Source: Rubritepida sp.
Lineage (GTDB): Bacteria > Pseudomonadota > Alphaproteobacteria > Acetobacterales > Acetobacteraceae
Direction of reading: 5' to 3'
DNA: 61,654 bases
Assembly: GCA_041639675.1 (NCBI GenBank)
Contig: JBEQBS010000001.1
Span: forward strand, 1-61,654
The position numbers were made by a program, and so were the translations under genes. The notes below the pieces were generated by a model, which was not told the origin of the DNA, did not search any database, and saw only the letters and a program-made list of their open reading frames with translations. This document shows, one piece after another, positions 9,264 through 20,709 of this stretch. How positions within the stretch are numbered: position 1 is the first letter of the stretch; each line of letters opens with the position of its first letter.

Positions 9264-9896
9264 GTGTCCATCACCCGCTCCGTCCATTCACCCTCGCCTC
9301 CACCTACCACATCGCTCGGGCGCGTGGCCGAGATCTTCCCTGGGCTGGCAACCCGTGTGGCGGCTGACGGCGCCCGTCCTCCCGGTGCCATCCGCATCAT
9401 CGGTCTCGCCGACCTGGCGGACGGTCAGGTGCAGCCTCCCGGCGCGGCGAGCGCCTGGGCCGAACTCCCGCCGGAGATGATGGCCCGGCATGCGCTCCAG
9501 CCCGGCGATGTCCTCCTGGCGGCGCGCGGGTCGCAGCCGAAGGCGGCCTGGGTGGCGGAGGCAGTCCTTCCGGCGGTCGCCAGCGCCAACCTCCTCGTCG
9601 TCCGCCCCCGGCCGGGCACGCGGCCGGGGGTGGTGTTCGCCTATCTCGCCTCCGAGCCGGGCCTCGCCATGGTCCGCGCCCTGTCGCGCTCCGCGACCGA
9701 CCAGCTCTCCATCGCGGCGCGCGACCTTGCGACGCTCGATCTGCCAGCACCGCCGCGGGCGGCGCAGGACACCATCCACGACCTGATCGAGGCCAGCGAG
9801 CGCGCCTATTCGGCCGCGCTCGAGGCCGCCGCCGGGCGCCGCGCCGCCGCCCGCGCCATTGCGCTCGACCTGCTCCGCAACACGGCCGACGACTGA
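9264..9896 (+). CDS. Half-size HsdS-like protein (single target-recognition domain)
   Basis: SLGRVAEIFPG, LQPGDVLLAARG, AYLAS, DLATLDLPAPPRAAQDTI followed by a helical tail; GTG after AGGA; first gene of the hsd operon. Confidence 0.75.
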   Translation: MSITRSVHSPSPPPTTSLGRVAEIFPGLATRVAADGARPPGAIRIIGLADLADGQVQPPGAASAWAELPPEMMARHALQPGDVLLAARGSQPKAAWVAEAVLPAVASANLLVVRPRPGTRPGVVFAYLASEPGLAMVRALSRSATDQLSIAARDLATLDLPAPPRAAQDTIHDLIEASERAYSAALEAAAGRRAAARAIALDLLRNTADD

Positions 9897-9909
9897 CCGG
9901 GAGACCACC

Positions 9910-11428
<1,519 letters not shown>

Positions 11429-11439
<11 letters not shown>

Positions 11440-12718
11440 CTCGTCGTCAAGCCGGCTCGTGCGCCTCGGCGACGTGCTGACAGAGTCTCGGATCCCTGGG
11501 TCCAGAGGCGACACCGCGAGGAAGCTTACGGTTCGCCTTTACGGACGGGGTGTTGTCGCGAAATCCGATGCAGGTGGCAGTGAGGGGACTCACTACTTTC
11601 GTCGGCGAGCCGGTCAACTGATTTACAGCAAGCTCGATTGCCTCAACGGCGCAGTCGGCATCGTACCACCTCATCTGCACGGATATGAGTCTACAGCCGA
11701 TCTCCCCGCTTTTGACATCGCCGCGAGCGTGGACCCTGACTTTCTCCTAGCCCTCATGAGTCGGCCATCGTTCTATCTTCGCTTCAAAGCAGTCGCGATC
11801 GGATCTCGGAAAGCCAATCGCGTTCCGACCGGTGAGTTCCTCGCAACCAAGGTCGAGCTTCCAAATCCGAGCGAGCAGAAGGCGATCGCTGCGGTCTTGC
11901 GTTCATCCAGCTCGTACATTGCTTCGTCAGTAGAGCTGGTCTCCGCACTCACCGAGGCGAAGCGCAGCATCATGCGCAAGTTGCTCACCCTCGGCGTCGC
12001 GCGCGACCCGGCGCGGCTGCGGCCGCTTCGCGTGCGGTGGGTGATGGGCCGCGTGGCGGAGAGTGTCGAGGCCGCGCCGGAGGGATGGCGCCTGGTGCCG
12101 CTGACGCAGGTCGCGCGGCTGGAAAGCGGCCACACGCCGAGCCGCGAGCGGCCCGATTGGTGGGGCGGCGACATCCCCTGGCTGTCGCTGGCGGACACCG
12201 ACGCCCTCGATGCCCTCACCGTCGAGGCAACGGCCGAGCGGGTGACGGCCGAGGGGATCCGCAACTCCTCCGCCCGCCTGCTGCCCGCCGGCACGGTGGT
12301 GTTCAGCCGCACGGCCACCGTGGGCAAGAGCGCGATCATGGGCGTGCCGATGGCCACCAGCCAGGACTTCGCCAACTGGGTTTGCGGCCCGGAGATCGAG
12401 CCCCGCTACCTCCTCCAGGTGTTCCGGCACATGACCCGGGAATGGGAGCGGCTGCAGGAGGGCAGCACCCACCAGACGATCTACATGCCGGTGTTCAGGA
12501 AGCTTCAGGTGCTCCTGCCGCCCCGCGACGAGCAGCTCCGCATCGCCGATCTCGGGGAGGCCTTCGACCGGCGGCTTGAGGCTGAGCGCGCGCACCTCGC
12601 GGCGCTGCGCGCCACGCGCGACGCCCTCGCCGCCGAGCTGCTCTCGGGCCGCCTGCGCCTGCCTGCCGCCGTCATCGCCCGGCACGCGGGCGCCGACCCT
12701 GGGGCGCGGGCCGCATGA
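11429..12718 (+). CDS. hsdS: Type I R-M specificity subunit (two TRDs)
   Basis: Two TRDs followed by conserved regions LPNPSEQKAIA and LPPRDEQLRIA; PEGW..SGHTPSR..WWGGDIPW; LLSGRLRL. Confidence 0.93.
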
Positions 12719-15669
12719 CCGCGGCCCGGCGGCCCGAGGAGCTGACCGAGGTCGAGCTGCCCGCGTCGGAGGCGCTGGAGGTGGTGCATGGCTGGCGGCC
12801 GCTGACGCCCGCCGAGGCCGACCTCCTGCGCGACGGGCCGTCGGAGCCGATCCTCGCCCGGCGCCTGTCGGAGGCGCTGCGGCGCCTGAACCCCTGGCTG
12901 GACGAGGATGGCCTCCGGCGCGCCCTGGCGGCCGTCTCCCGCGTCGCCGGGGCAGACCTCCTCGAGGTCAACGAGAAGGTGCACACCGCCCTCACCTACG
13001 GCGTGACCGCAGGGGCGGAGGCTGGGGGGCGGCGGCGCAGCCGGACGGTCCGCTTCTTCGACTTCGACGACCCCGGGGGGAACACCTTCGAGCTCGTCCG
13101 GCAGTTCCGCGTCCGCGGGCCGCGCCAGGACGTGGTGATTGACCTGGCCGGCTTCGTGAACGGCATTCCGCTCGCTGTGCTGGAGGCGAAGGCGCCCAGC
13201 CTGCCCGACCCGCTGGGCGACGGCATCGAGCGCTTCCGCCGCTACCAGGGCCTCGGGCCCTATGCCGGGCTCGGCGCGCCACGCCTCTTCGAGGTCGCGC
13301 AGCTCAGCGTCGTCATCGCGAAGGACGTGGCGGCCTACGCCACGACGGCCACGCCGGCCCGGCACTGGGGCAACTGGCGCACCCCCCATCCCCTGCGGGA
13401 GGCCGAGCTTGAGGAGCGCCTCGGCCGACGGCCGACGGCGCAGGACATCCTGCTGTGCAGCCTCATGGCCCCGGCGGTCCTGCTCGACCTGGTGCGCAGC
13501 TTCGTCGCGTTCGAGACGGAGGACGGGCGGCGCATCAAGAAGGTCGCCCGCTACCAGCAGGTCATCGCGGTGGACCTGGCCATCCGGCGCATCCTGGCCG
13601 CGCCCGACCCGGCGCTCCGCGGCGGCGTCATCCACCACACCCAGGGCAGCGGCAAGTCGCTGACGATGGTCTTCCTGGCCACCAAGCTGCGGCGCCTGCC
13701 CGAGGCCGATAACCCGACGATCATCATCGTCACCGACCGCACCGAGCTGGATCGCCAGATCACGGGCGTCTTCCGGAACGCCGGCTTCGCCAACCCCATG
13801 CCGGCCGAGAGCGGCGAGCACCTGCGGTCTCTGCTGGCCACCGGCGCCGGCCAGACGGTGCTGACGACGGTGCACAAGTTCCACACCGCCGTGCCGCCCG
13901 GGACGCCGCCGATCACCTCGGCCCGCAATGTCTTCGTCCTGGTGGACGAGGCGCACCGCACGCAGTACGGCGGCCTCGCCGCCCGCATGCGCCGCGGCCT
14001 GCCGGGCGCCTGCATGCTGGCCTTCACCGGCACGCCGATCGACCGGCAGGACCGCAGCACCCGCCGGATCTTCGGCGACTACATCCACCGCTACCAGATC
14101 GCGGACGCGGTCCGCGACGGGGCGACCGTGCCCATCTTCTACGAGATGCGCGACGCGCGGCTGCGCATCGACGGGCCCGACCTGGAACGGCGGCTGCGCG
14201 CGGAGAACCCGGAGTTGTCCGACGCCGACATCGCCCGCCTGCGCGGCCACGCGGGCGGCCTCTCGGAGGCGATCGCCGGCGCCCCGGCCCGGGTGGAGGC
14301 CGTGGCGCGCGACATCCTCGGCCACTACCAGCTCGTGATCGAGCCCAACGGGTTCAAGGCGCAGGTGGTCGCGGTGAACCGTCGCACGGCCGTCGCCTAC
14401 AAGGAGGCGCTGGACCGGTTGGGCGGGCCGGAGAGCGCCGTGATCATGTCCGGCGGCAACGACGACGCCGCCGACCTCCGCGCGCACCACACGACCGCCC
14501 GCGAGCGGGAGAGCCTGACAGGGCGTTTCAAGGACCGCGCGGACCCGCTGCGCATCCTCGTCGTCTGCGACATGCTCTTGACCGGCTTCGATGCTCCCGT
14601 GGAGCAGGTGATGTACCTGGACGCGCCACTGCGCGAGCACCTCCTCCTCCAGGCCGTCGCCAGGACCAACCGCGTCGCCGAGGGCAAGACCCACGGGCTG
14701 GTGGTGGACTACTGGGGCGACGCGGCGCGCATCGGCGAGGCGCTCTCGATGTTCGACGAGGAGGATGTCCGCCCGGCGCTCCGGCCGCGCGAGGAAATGG
14801 TCGTGCTCATGCACAACCGCCACCGGGCGGCCGTCCGGTTCTTCGATGGCGTGGACCTCGCAGACGACGAGGCCTGCCTCGCGCTCCTCGAGGCCGAGGA
14901 CGTGCGCGCGGCCTTCGACATCGCCTTCCGCCGCTTCGCGGAGGCGATGGAGATGGTGCTGCCGGACCCCCGCGCGATCGAGGAGCCCTTCCACTCGGAC
15001 CTGCGCCGGCTGGCGGGGCTGCGGGCCAGGGCCCGGCGGCGGTTCCGCGACGAGCGGCTGAACGTGGCCCCCTACGCGGAAAAGGTGCGCGCCCTCATTG
15101 ACGAGGCACTCGAGGCCGAGGGACCGCGGCAGCTGCTCGAACCCGTGTCCATCCTTTCGCCGGAGTTCCGGGCGCAGATCCAGGCCCTTGGTGGCGATCC
15201 CGCGCGCGCGGCGGAGATGGAGCATGCCATCCGGCACGAGATCCACCAGTTCCGCGACCAGAACCCCGCCGCCTACGGGTCGCTCGCCCGACGGCTGGAG
15301 GAGATCGTCAACGAACGGCGCGAGGCCCGCGTCGGCGCGGCGGCCGCGCTTCGGGAGCTGGACGGCCTGGCCGAAGAGGTTCGCGCGCAGCACCGCCGCG
15401 ACCACGCGGGCGGCGACGACGGGCTTGCCGGTGCGGTGGCGGCCCTGGTCGTGGAAGCTGTGGACGGCGCGGCACCGGCGGTCGGCCGTGAGATCGCGGC
15501 GGCTCTGGAGGCCCTCGCCATCGTGGACTGGCACGGCAAGGAGGACGTCCAGCGCCAGATGCGGCGAGCCATAAAGGCCGCGCTCCGTGGAGGTGGCGCC
15601 CCTGCGGAGCAGATCGAGGCGCTGACCGCGCGCGTGATGGACGTCGCACGGGCGCGGCTGCGAGCATGA
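12715..15669 (+). CDS. hsdR: Type I R-M restriction subunit
   Basis: DL..FVNGIPLAVLEAK nuclease motif, HTQGSGKS Walker A, VDEAHRTQ, FTGTP, DMLLTGFDAP, QAVARTNR. Confidence 0.96.
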   Translation: MTAARRPEELTEVELPASEALEVVHGWRPLTPAEADLLRDGPSEPILARRLSEALRRLNPWLDEDGLRRALAAVSRVAGADLLEVNEKVHTALTYGVTAGAEAGGRRRSRTVRFFDFDDPGGNTFELVRQFRVRGPRQDVVIDLAGFVNGIPLAVLEAKAPSLPDPLGDGIERFRRYQGLGPYAGLGAPRLFEVAQLSVVIAKDVAAYATTATPARHWGNWRTPHPLREAELEERLGRRPTAQDILLCSLMAPAVLLDLVRSFVAFETEDGRRIKKVARYQQVIAVDLAIRRILAAPDPALRGGVIHHTQGSGKSLTMVFLATKLRRLPEADNPTIIIVTDRTELDRQITGVFRNAGFANPMPAESGEHLRSLLATGAGQTVLTTVHKFHTAVPPGTPPITSARNVFVLVDEAHRTQYGGLAARMRRGLPGACMLAFTGTPIDRQDRSTRRIFGDYIHRYQIADAVRDGATVPIFYEMRDARLRIDGPDLERRLRAENPELSDADIARLRGHAGGLSEAIAGAPARVEAVARDILGHYQLVIEPNGFKAQVVAVNRRTAVAYKEALDRLGGPESAVIMSGGNDDAADLRAHHTTARERESLTGRFKDRADPLRILVVCDMLLTGFDAPVEQVMYLDAPLREHLLLQAVARTNRVAEGKTHGLVVDYWGDAARIGEALSMFDEEDVRPALRPREEMVVLMHNRHRAAVRFFDGVDLADDEACLALLEAEDVRAAFDIAFRRFAEAMEMVLPDPRAIEEPFHSDLRRLAGLRARARRRFRDERLNVAPYAEKVRALIDEALEAEGPRQLLEPVSILSPEFRAQIQALGGDPARAAEMEHAIRHEIHQFRDQNPAAYGSLARRLEEIVNERREARVGAAAALRELDGLAEEVRAQHRRDHAGGDDGLAGAVAALVVEAVDGAAPAVGREIAAALEALAIVDWHGKEDVQRQMRRAIKAALRGGGAPAEQIEALTARVMDVARARLRA

Positions 15670-16421
15670 GCGAGGGTGTCCCGCCGCGGGGCGACGAGGG
15701 GCGGCTGCGCTTCGGCGGGCAGGACATCACCTACACCGTTGAGCGGACGGGCCGTCGGAAGTCCATCTCCGTGTCGGTGGACCTCTCCGGCGTGCGCGTC
15801 CTGGCGCCGGCCGATGCGGCGGCGGAGGAGGTGGAGGCGACGTTGCGGCGCAAGGCCCTATGGGTGATCGCCAAGCTGGCGCTCGTCGGGGAAATGGGGC
15901 AGGCCGCCGCGGCACGGGAGTTCGTCAGCGGCGAAACCTTTCACTATCTCGGTCGCGGCTACCGCCTCCGCGTGCTGCCCGACCCGTCGGCTGTGGGCAC
16001 GCGCATCCGGCTTTCCGGTCGGCACATGCTTGCGCCAGTGGCCGAGGGGCTTGACCAGCGGCTCGCGAGGATCGCGGTGCGTCGTGGCCTGATCCTCTGG
16101 TACGAAGGCCGTGCGCGCGAGAGGCTGCCGGAACGGCTCGCGGCCTTCGCCGGGCGCGTCGGCATCCGTTCGCCGCACCTGCTCGTGCGGGACCAGGAGA
16201 AGCGCTGGGGGAGCTGCGATGCGCGGGGCAGGATCCGCGTGAACTGGCGCCTGATGACGCTGCCCCTTCCGCTGATTGACTACGTCCTTGCTCATGAGGT
16301 CTGCCACGTGATCGAGCCGAACCACCGTCCGCCGTTCTGGAGGTTGCTTGAGGTAGTCATGCCGGATTGGGAGACGCGTCGCGCGGTACTCCGCGACGCT
16401 GGTCCGCGCTTTGCCTGGTGA
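15666..16421 (+). CDS. M48/DUF45 (YgjP/SprT-like) metallo-hydrolase associated with type I R-M
   Basis: SGETFHYLG, KRWGSC, IDYVLAHEVCH (HExxH), NHRPPFW; ATGA-coupled to hsdR. Confidence 0.9.
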   Translation: MSEGVPPRGDEGRLRFGGQDITYTVERTGRRKSISVSVDLSGVRVLAPADAAAEEVEATLRRKALWVIAKLALVGEMGQAAAAREFVSGETFHYLGRGYRLRVLPDPSAVGTRIRLSGRHMLAPVAEGLDQRLARIAVRRGLILWYEGRARERLPERLAAFAGRVGIRSPHLLVRDQEKRWGSCDARGRIRVNWRLMTLPLPLIDYVLAHEVCHVIEPNHRPPFWRLLEVVMPDWETRRAVLRDAGPRFAW

Positions 16422-16539
16422 GGGGGCGGCCCTGGTCAACCAAGCTTGACGAGGCTGCCGACGCGGGTTCGTTGATCTCCGTGAAACGCAGTTCGCGAAA
16501 CAGCTGTGGCCGGCGCAATCACTCAACCCGGTCGTGCCC

Positions 16540-16617
16540 CTAGGGCACCCTGAATTTCGGCATCTCAGACACCTCCGTCTCGAGCCTCGAGGTGTCCACA
16601 AAACCGGGTCAACTCCA
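16540..16617 (-). mobile_element. IS3-family left-end remnant
   Basis: Minus strand TGGAGTTGACCCGGTTTTGTGGACACC resembles an IS3-family terminal IR, then GGAGG RBS and ATG-MPKFRVP ending at TAG. Confidence 0.5.
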
Positions 16618-17134
16618 ACTTCAAACAGCCGCCCGGCCGCTTTCGGCCCATGGCGGTCAGGACATGCATGCCCCGACCAGCCTGACGTAAAGAACGACCC
16701 AGTCTTCGGTTTTGGCTGATCGAGTCCCGATGATGGGGCGGGAGAAGTCGCCGGACAAAAACCGCCGGTGCTGCTGACGGAAGGCTTGCGCGACCTGGTG
16801 GGCGACACGGATGATGGTTGATGCGAGCCCCGTCTCCTCCTCCCTGGCCGTTCCGCCCGACTGCACTGGCGCGCCTTCGTGCCCGGCGCGGTGCCGTCCA
16901 TGAGATGCTCCGGCAAGTGCTTGGCCTGACCGTCCGTGCATCCGGTGGCGGCCGGGGGGGGTTGGCGGCGCCCACCCCCGACGGCATCCGCGCGGCAGGC
17001 GGCGCGTGCCCCTCCATCCGGCAGGCCGTCCGGCCCATCCCCCGTTGGGGATGCGCGCGATCGGCCGGACCGGCGGCCCTCGCAGGCCACCAGGCAGGGC
17101 GGCCGGCGGGCCGCCCGACCGAGGCGCGTGTCCG

Positions 17135-17455
17135 TCAGCTTGTCGCGCCGCGGCTCATGCCGGGCCTCCCGCCGCGCCGGGGCGTGCGCGGGCCGTGGTC
17201 ATTCGCCGCACCGGGCGGCGTGCCGAACCTCGCCACCGGCAGGGCGGAGACGAAGGCGCGCAGGCTTGCGGCCTCGACCAGCGTGCGCCCGCCAAGGCGC
17301 CGCGCCTGGAGCTCGCCCCGCGCGAGCAGGCCGTAGAGCGTGGTGTGACCAACCCCCAGCAGTGACCGGGCCTCGGCAACAGACAGCAGCAGCCGCCCCG
17401 GCACCGGGTCGGCGGGCGGGGCCGGGGGCAGGACGTCCTGCTCCGACGGCGGCAT
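17135..17455 (-). CDS. Excisionase/AlpA-like HTH_17 DNA-binding protein
   Basis: LLSVAEARSLLGVGHTTLYGLLARGELQARRLGGRTLV. Confidence 0.8.
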   Translation of the reverse strand: MPPSEQDVLPPAPPADPVPGRLLLSVAEARSLLGVGHTTLYGLLARGELQARRLGGRTLVEAASLRAFVSALPVARFGTPPGAANDHGPRTPRRGGRPGMSRGATS

Positions 17456-17859
17456 GAGGGTTCGCCCCGCTGGTCGGCGGGGGTCGGTGGTTGGTCGTAT
17501 CTGGGGGGTGTGCATCGGGGCACTCACGGGTGCGCGCGTCCGCGCGCCATGGCGCGGGACCGGGCGGGTTGCGGGGGTGTGTGGCCGGTCGCACGCGCCG
17601 ACGGCCTTCGCCCGGAGGGCGGCAGCGGCGTCGGGAGGGGTGGATGCGGGTCTCACCTGAAATAGTCCGTTCGAAGTCTGGGCGCTGGCAAGTCCTTTCT
17701 TTTGCCCTGCTACAAAAATCTGCAGGCGCCCGACACCGACCCCATCAGGCGGCCACGGCCATTCCCTCCGTCCCGTCCTGCGCCGCCCCACCGTCACGGC
17801 ACCAGTCGGCCCATGCCTGCATCACGGGCTGCCGCTCCGCGACGAGCTCGTCGCGGGCA

Positions 17860-17985
17860 GCCTGATCGCCTCGCTCTTGAGTGCCGGGGGGAAGCGCGTC
17901 TTGCTTACGCCGGGCGGGCTGAGGATCAGCAGCGCGTCATTGATGGCGACCCATCTGCAGGCCGCGATCTTCCGCGGCGCGGCCC
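17860..17985 (-). pseudogene. istB: IS21 istB fragment (degenerate Walker A region)
   Basis: IAACRWVAINDALLILSPPGVSKT..AL..EAIR matches the IstB pattern CRW..GD.LLL.GPPGVGKT. Confidence 0.65.
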
Positions 17986-18089
17986 AGCGCCGCTGCTGGA
18001 TCGTCAGCGCCGCGCCGAACGTCAACGAGGGAGGTAGCTACGCGACCACTGCGAAGCGCGTTCGCAAAGGCGGCCTCGAACGGATGACG

Positions 18090-18908
18090 TCACGGCGGAA
18101 GCCCCTCGACAAAGTCCACCAGGGCGGCGGCCGTTGCCTCCGGCTGCTCGGGGAGCAAGGCATGGCCCGCGCCCTCCACCTCCGCCAGCCGAACCAGAGG
18201 GCCGAGTTCCGTGCGGAGCTGGTCGAGGGACGGCGGAGGCGCGATGGCGTCCGCCAAGGCGGCGACGTACAGCGTTGGCAAGCGCTCCGCTACGCGCTGC
18301 CAGGACCGGTCGGTGGTCGCGACGGTCGCGGCACGCTGCGCACGCGCAGCCTCATGATGCCAGCCCCCGAGCCAGACGGATGCGTCGTTGCCTGGCGCGA
18401 AATACGCCCGGCGCAGGTGTGCAAGCCGTTCGTCCGAAGGCAGAGCCGGATCGAACGAGCCGTTTATGGACGGACGGATTGCCTGGTTCATGGACGTGCC
18501 AAGGGACGCTGCCAGCAAGGCGACCCCGCGCACCCTCGACGGGTGCTTCGCAGCGAGCGCCCGCGCCACCCAATTGCCGAAGGCGTGCCCGGCCACCACG
18601 AAGCGCGCGTCGGCACCCTCGGCCGCATCCAGGATGGCCAGCGCGTCGTCGCCAAGCGCAAACAGATCGAGCCCCTCCAACGACCCTTCCGACCCGCCAA
18701 TGCCTCGCGGCTCCGCCCGGACGACGCGAAGTCCGGATGCCGTCAAGCGCGTCGTCAGATCATCGAAATCCTCGGCCCCACGTCCGAGGGAGGGAATCAG
18801 GAGGATGGGCGGACCTGCGCCGTCCGCGCGGCCGACGATCGTCGCCGCGCCGCGTCGAACTCGCATGTGCTCCGGCGCCGGAGCGGCTGGAGAAGGACAC
18901 ATCGACAT
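18090..18908 (-). CDS. Alpha/beta-fold hydrolase with GHAFG at the nucleophile elbow
   Basis: GAGPPILLIPSLG, PRGIGGS, VVAGHAFG, GAGHALLPEQP. Confidence 0.85.
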   Translation of the reverse strand: MSMCPSPAAPAPEHMRVRRGAATIVGRADGAGPPILLIPSLGRGAEDFDDLTTRLTASGLRVVRAEPRGIGGSEGSLEGLDLFALGDDALAILDAAEGADARFVVAGHAFGNWVARALAAKHPSRVRGVALLAASLGTSMNQAIRPSINGSFDPALPSDERLAHLRRAYFAPGNDASVWLGGWHHEAARAQRAATVATTDRSWQRVAERLPTLYVAALADAIAPPPSLDQLRTELGPLVRLAEVEGAGHALLPEQPEATAAALVDFVEGLPP

Positions 18909-19014
18909 CAAGTCTCCATTGTAGGCCCTGAATGCGCGACAACGGCCTGCAACCTCTTCGCCGCCGCGCACGACGCATTCGCCGACACATCACCCGTGCC
19001 CGCCCATCACGGTC

Positions 19015-20688
19015 CTACCGGCCCGCTGGCTCGCCGAGCGGATTCTGCGGCGCGGGCTGCGCCTTGACGAAGGGCGGGTTGCGAAGGCGCATGAGGTGCC
19101 AGGGGCTCGGCATGCTGCCGACGCGCACCTCGATCAGGGTCGGTCCCCCTGTGCCGAGTGCCTCCCGAAGCTCCCGCTCCAGCTGCTCCCCATCGTCGGC
19201 ACGGCGATACGGGACCTCGAAGGCCTCCGCGAGCGTGCTGAAGTCCGGATTTCGGAGGCCAGTGCCGAAGGCCGCGCCGAACTGATCCTCCTGCATGCGA
19301 TGGACGTTGCCGAAGTGACCATCGTTGAAGACGACCGTGGCCACCCACAGGTTGTACTTCCGCGCCGTTGCGAGCTCCTGCATGCCCCACCCGAAACCGC
19401 CATCGCCTGTGATGCCGATCACCGGCCGGCCGCCCGCGCCGGCCGCCACGCCAAGCGACGTCGGGAAGCCATAGCCGAGGGTGCCCTGGTACCCGGGGGA
19501 GATGAAGGTGTTGGGCCGGTATACGGGGTAGGCGAAGCGGGCGTAGTAGCCGACCTGCGTCAGCTCGTTCACGAGGATGCCGTCATCCGGCAGGACGTTG
19601 CGGATGGCCTGCACGAAGTCGCGCTGCGGCCGTATGGCGTCGGACTGGCTGGAAGCCCAGGCGCGCACACGGTCCAGGTCGCTCCCGCGTGCGGGCCGGC
19701 GGGACACGGCGGCCTCCAGGGCCTTCAGGCCAAGGGCCGCGTCCGCTTCGATCGCCACCTCGGCCACGCGCGGCGGCGCCCAGGCCGAAGGATCAATGTT
19801 GAGGAAGATGTAGCGCGCAGCACCCACTGGCCAAGCCGGGTTGCCGACAGCCGTGTCCACGAAGCGGCTGCCGACGACGAGCACGACGTCCGCATGCGCG
19901 AAGACGGCGCGGCCGCCAAGCGCATTGAGCGCGAGGGGGTGCCGGTCGGAAAGCGCGCCTCTGCCATTCTCGCCCATCACGACGGGAGCCTGCAGCCGCT
20001 CCGCCAGGGTCCTGAGGGCCTCCGGCGCCTCGCCCGCGAGCGCACCGCCGCCGACGAAGATCACGGGGAACCGCGCCTCGTCGAGGAGGGCCGCGGCGCG
20101 CTGCACCGCGTCGGCGTCGGGCCTGCTGCGCAGATCCTCAGCGTCGGGAGGCAGGAGCTCCACCTCTCCGCTCGCGCTCAGCACGTCGTGCGCGATCTCG
20201 ATGCCGACCGGCGCCGGCCGGCCGGACCGCAGCTGGCGCACCGCCTCCCGCACGAGGCCCGGGACTTCGGCAGGGGTGGCCGCCGTGCCCTGCCACTTGG
20301 TCACCGAGGCGAGCACGCCCGTCTGGTTCTTGATTTCGTGAAGCAGGCCGAGGCCCTTGCCGATGGCCGGGCCGAAGATGTTGCCGGCGATGCAGAGGAC
20401 GGGCGAATTGCAGGCGTAGGCCGTGGAGAGCCCTGCCATGGCATTCAGCATCCCGGGGCCGGGCACCACCATGCATGTGCCGAAACGGCCGCTGGCCCGC
20501 GCGTAGCCGTCCGCCATGTAGGAGGTGGTCTGCTCGTGACGAGGCACGGTGAACCGGATGCGGTCGGCCACCTGGCGCAGGCCGTCCACCGCCCAATCAA
20601 GCTGCACGCCGGGAATGCCGAAGACGTCGGTCACCCCTTCCTGCACCAGCTGATTCGCCAGTGCTTGCCCGCCAGTCATCGTCGCCAT
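19015..20688 (-). CDS. Thiamine-diphosphate-dependent enzyme (acetolactate-synthase-like family)
   Basis: VFGIPG, PRHEQ, MADGYAR, PGPG, GTLGYG, GDGG..VFND TPP motif. Confidence 0.92.
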   Translation of the reverse strand: MATMTGGQALANQLVQEGVTDVFGIPGVQLDWAVDGLRQVADRIRFTVPRHEQTTSYMADGYARASGRFGTCMVVPGPGMLNAMAGLSTAYACNSPVLCIAGNIFGPAIGKGLGLLHEIKNQTGVLASVTKWQGTAATPAEVPGLVREAVRQLRSGRPAPVGIEIAHDVLSASGEVELLPPDAEDLRSRPDADAVQRAAALLDEARFPVIFVGGGALAGEAPEALRTLAERLQAPVVMGENGRGALSDRHPLALNALGGRAVFAHADVVLVVGSRFVDTAVGNPAWPVGAARYIFLNIDPSAWAPPRVAEVAIEADAALGLKALEAAVSRRPARGSDLDRVRAWASSQSDAIRPQRDFVQAIRNVLPDDGILVNELTQVGYYARFAYPVYRPNTFISPGYQGTLGYGFPTSLGVAAGAGGRPVIGITGDGGFGWGMQELATARKYNLWVATVVFNDGHFGNVHRMQEDQFGAAFGTGLRNPDFSTLAEAFEVPYRRADDGEQLERELREALGTGGPTLIEVRVGSMPSPWHLMRLRNPPFVKAQPAPQNPLGEPAGR

Positions 20689-20709
20689 GTCGTCTCCTCT
20701 CCCCCACCG

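Noticed and set aside
12505-15534. 1009-aa antisense ORF, and similar long shadow ORFs such as 19096-21105, 52421-54583 and 57401-59887
   Set aside because: They lie opposite well-supported genes; long stop-free antisense frames are expected at this GC content
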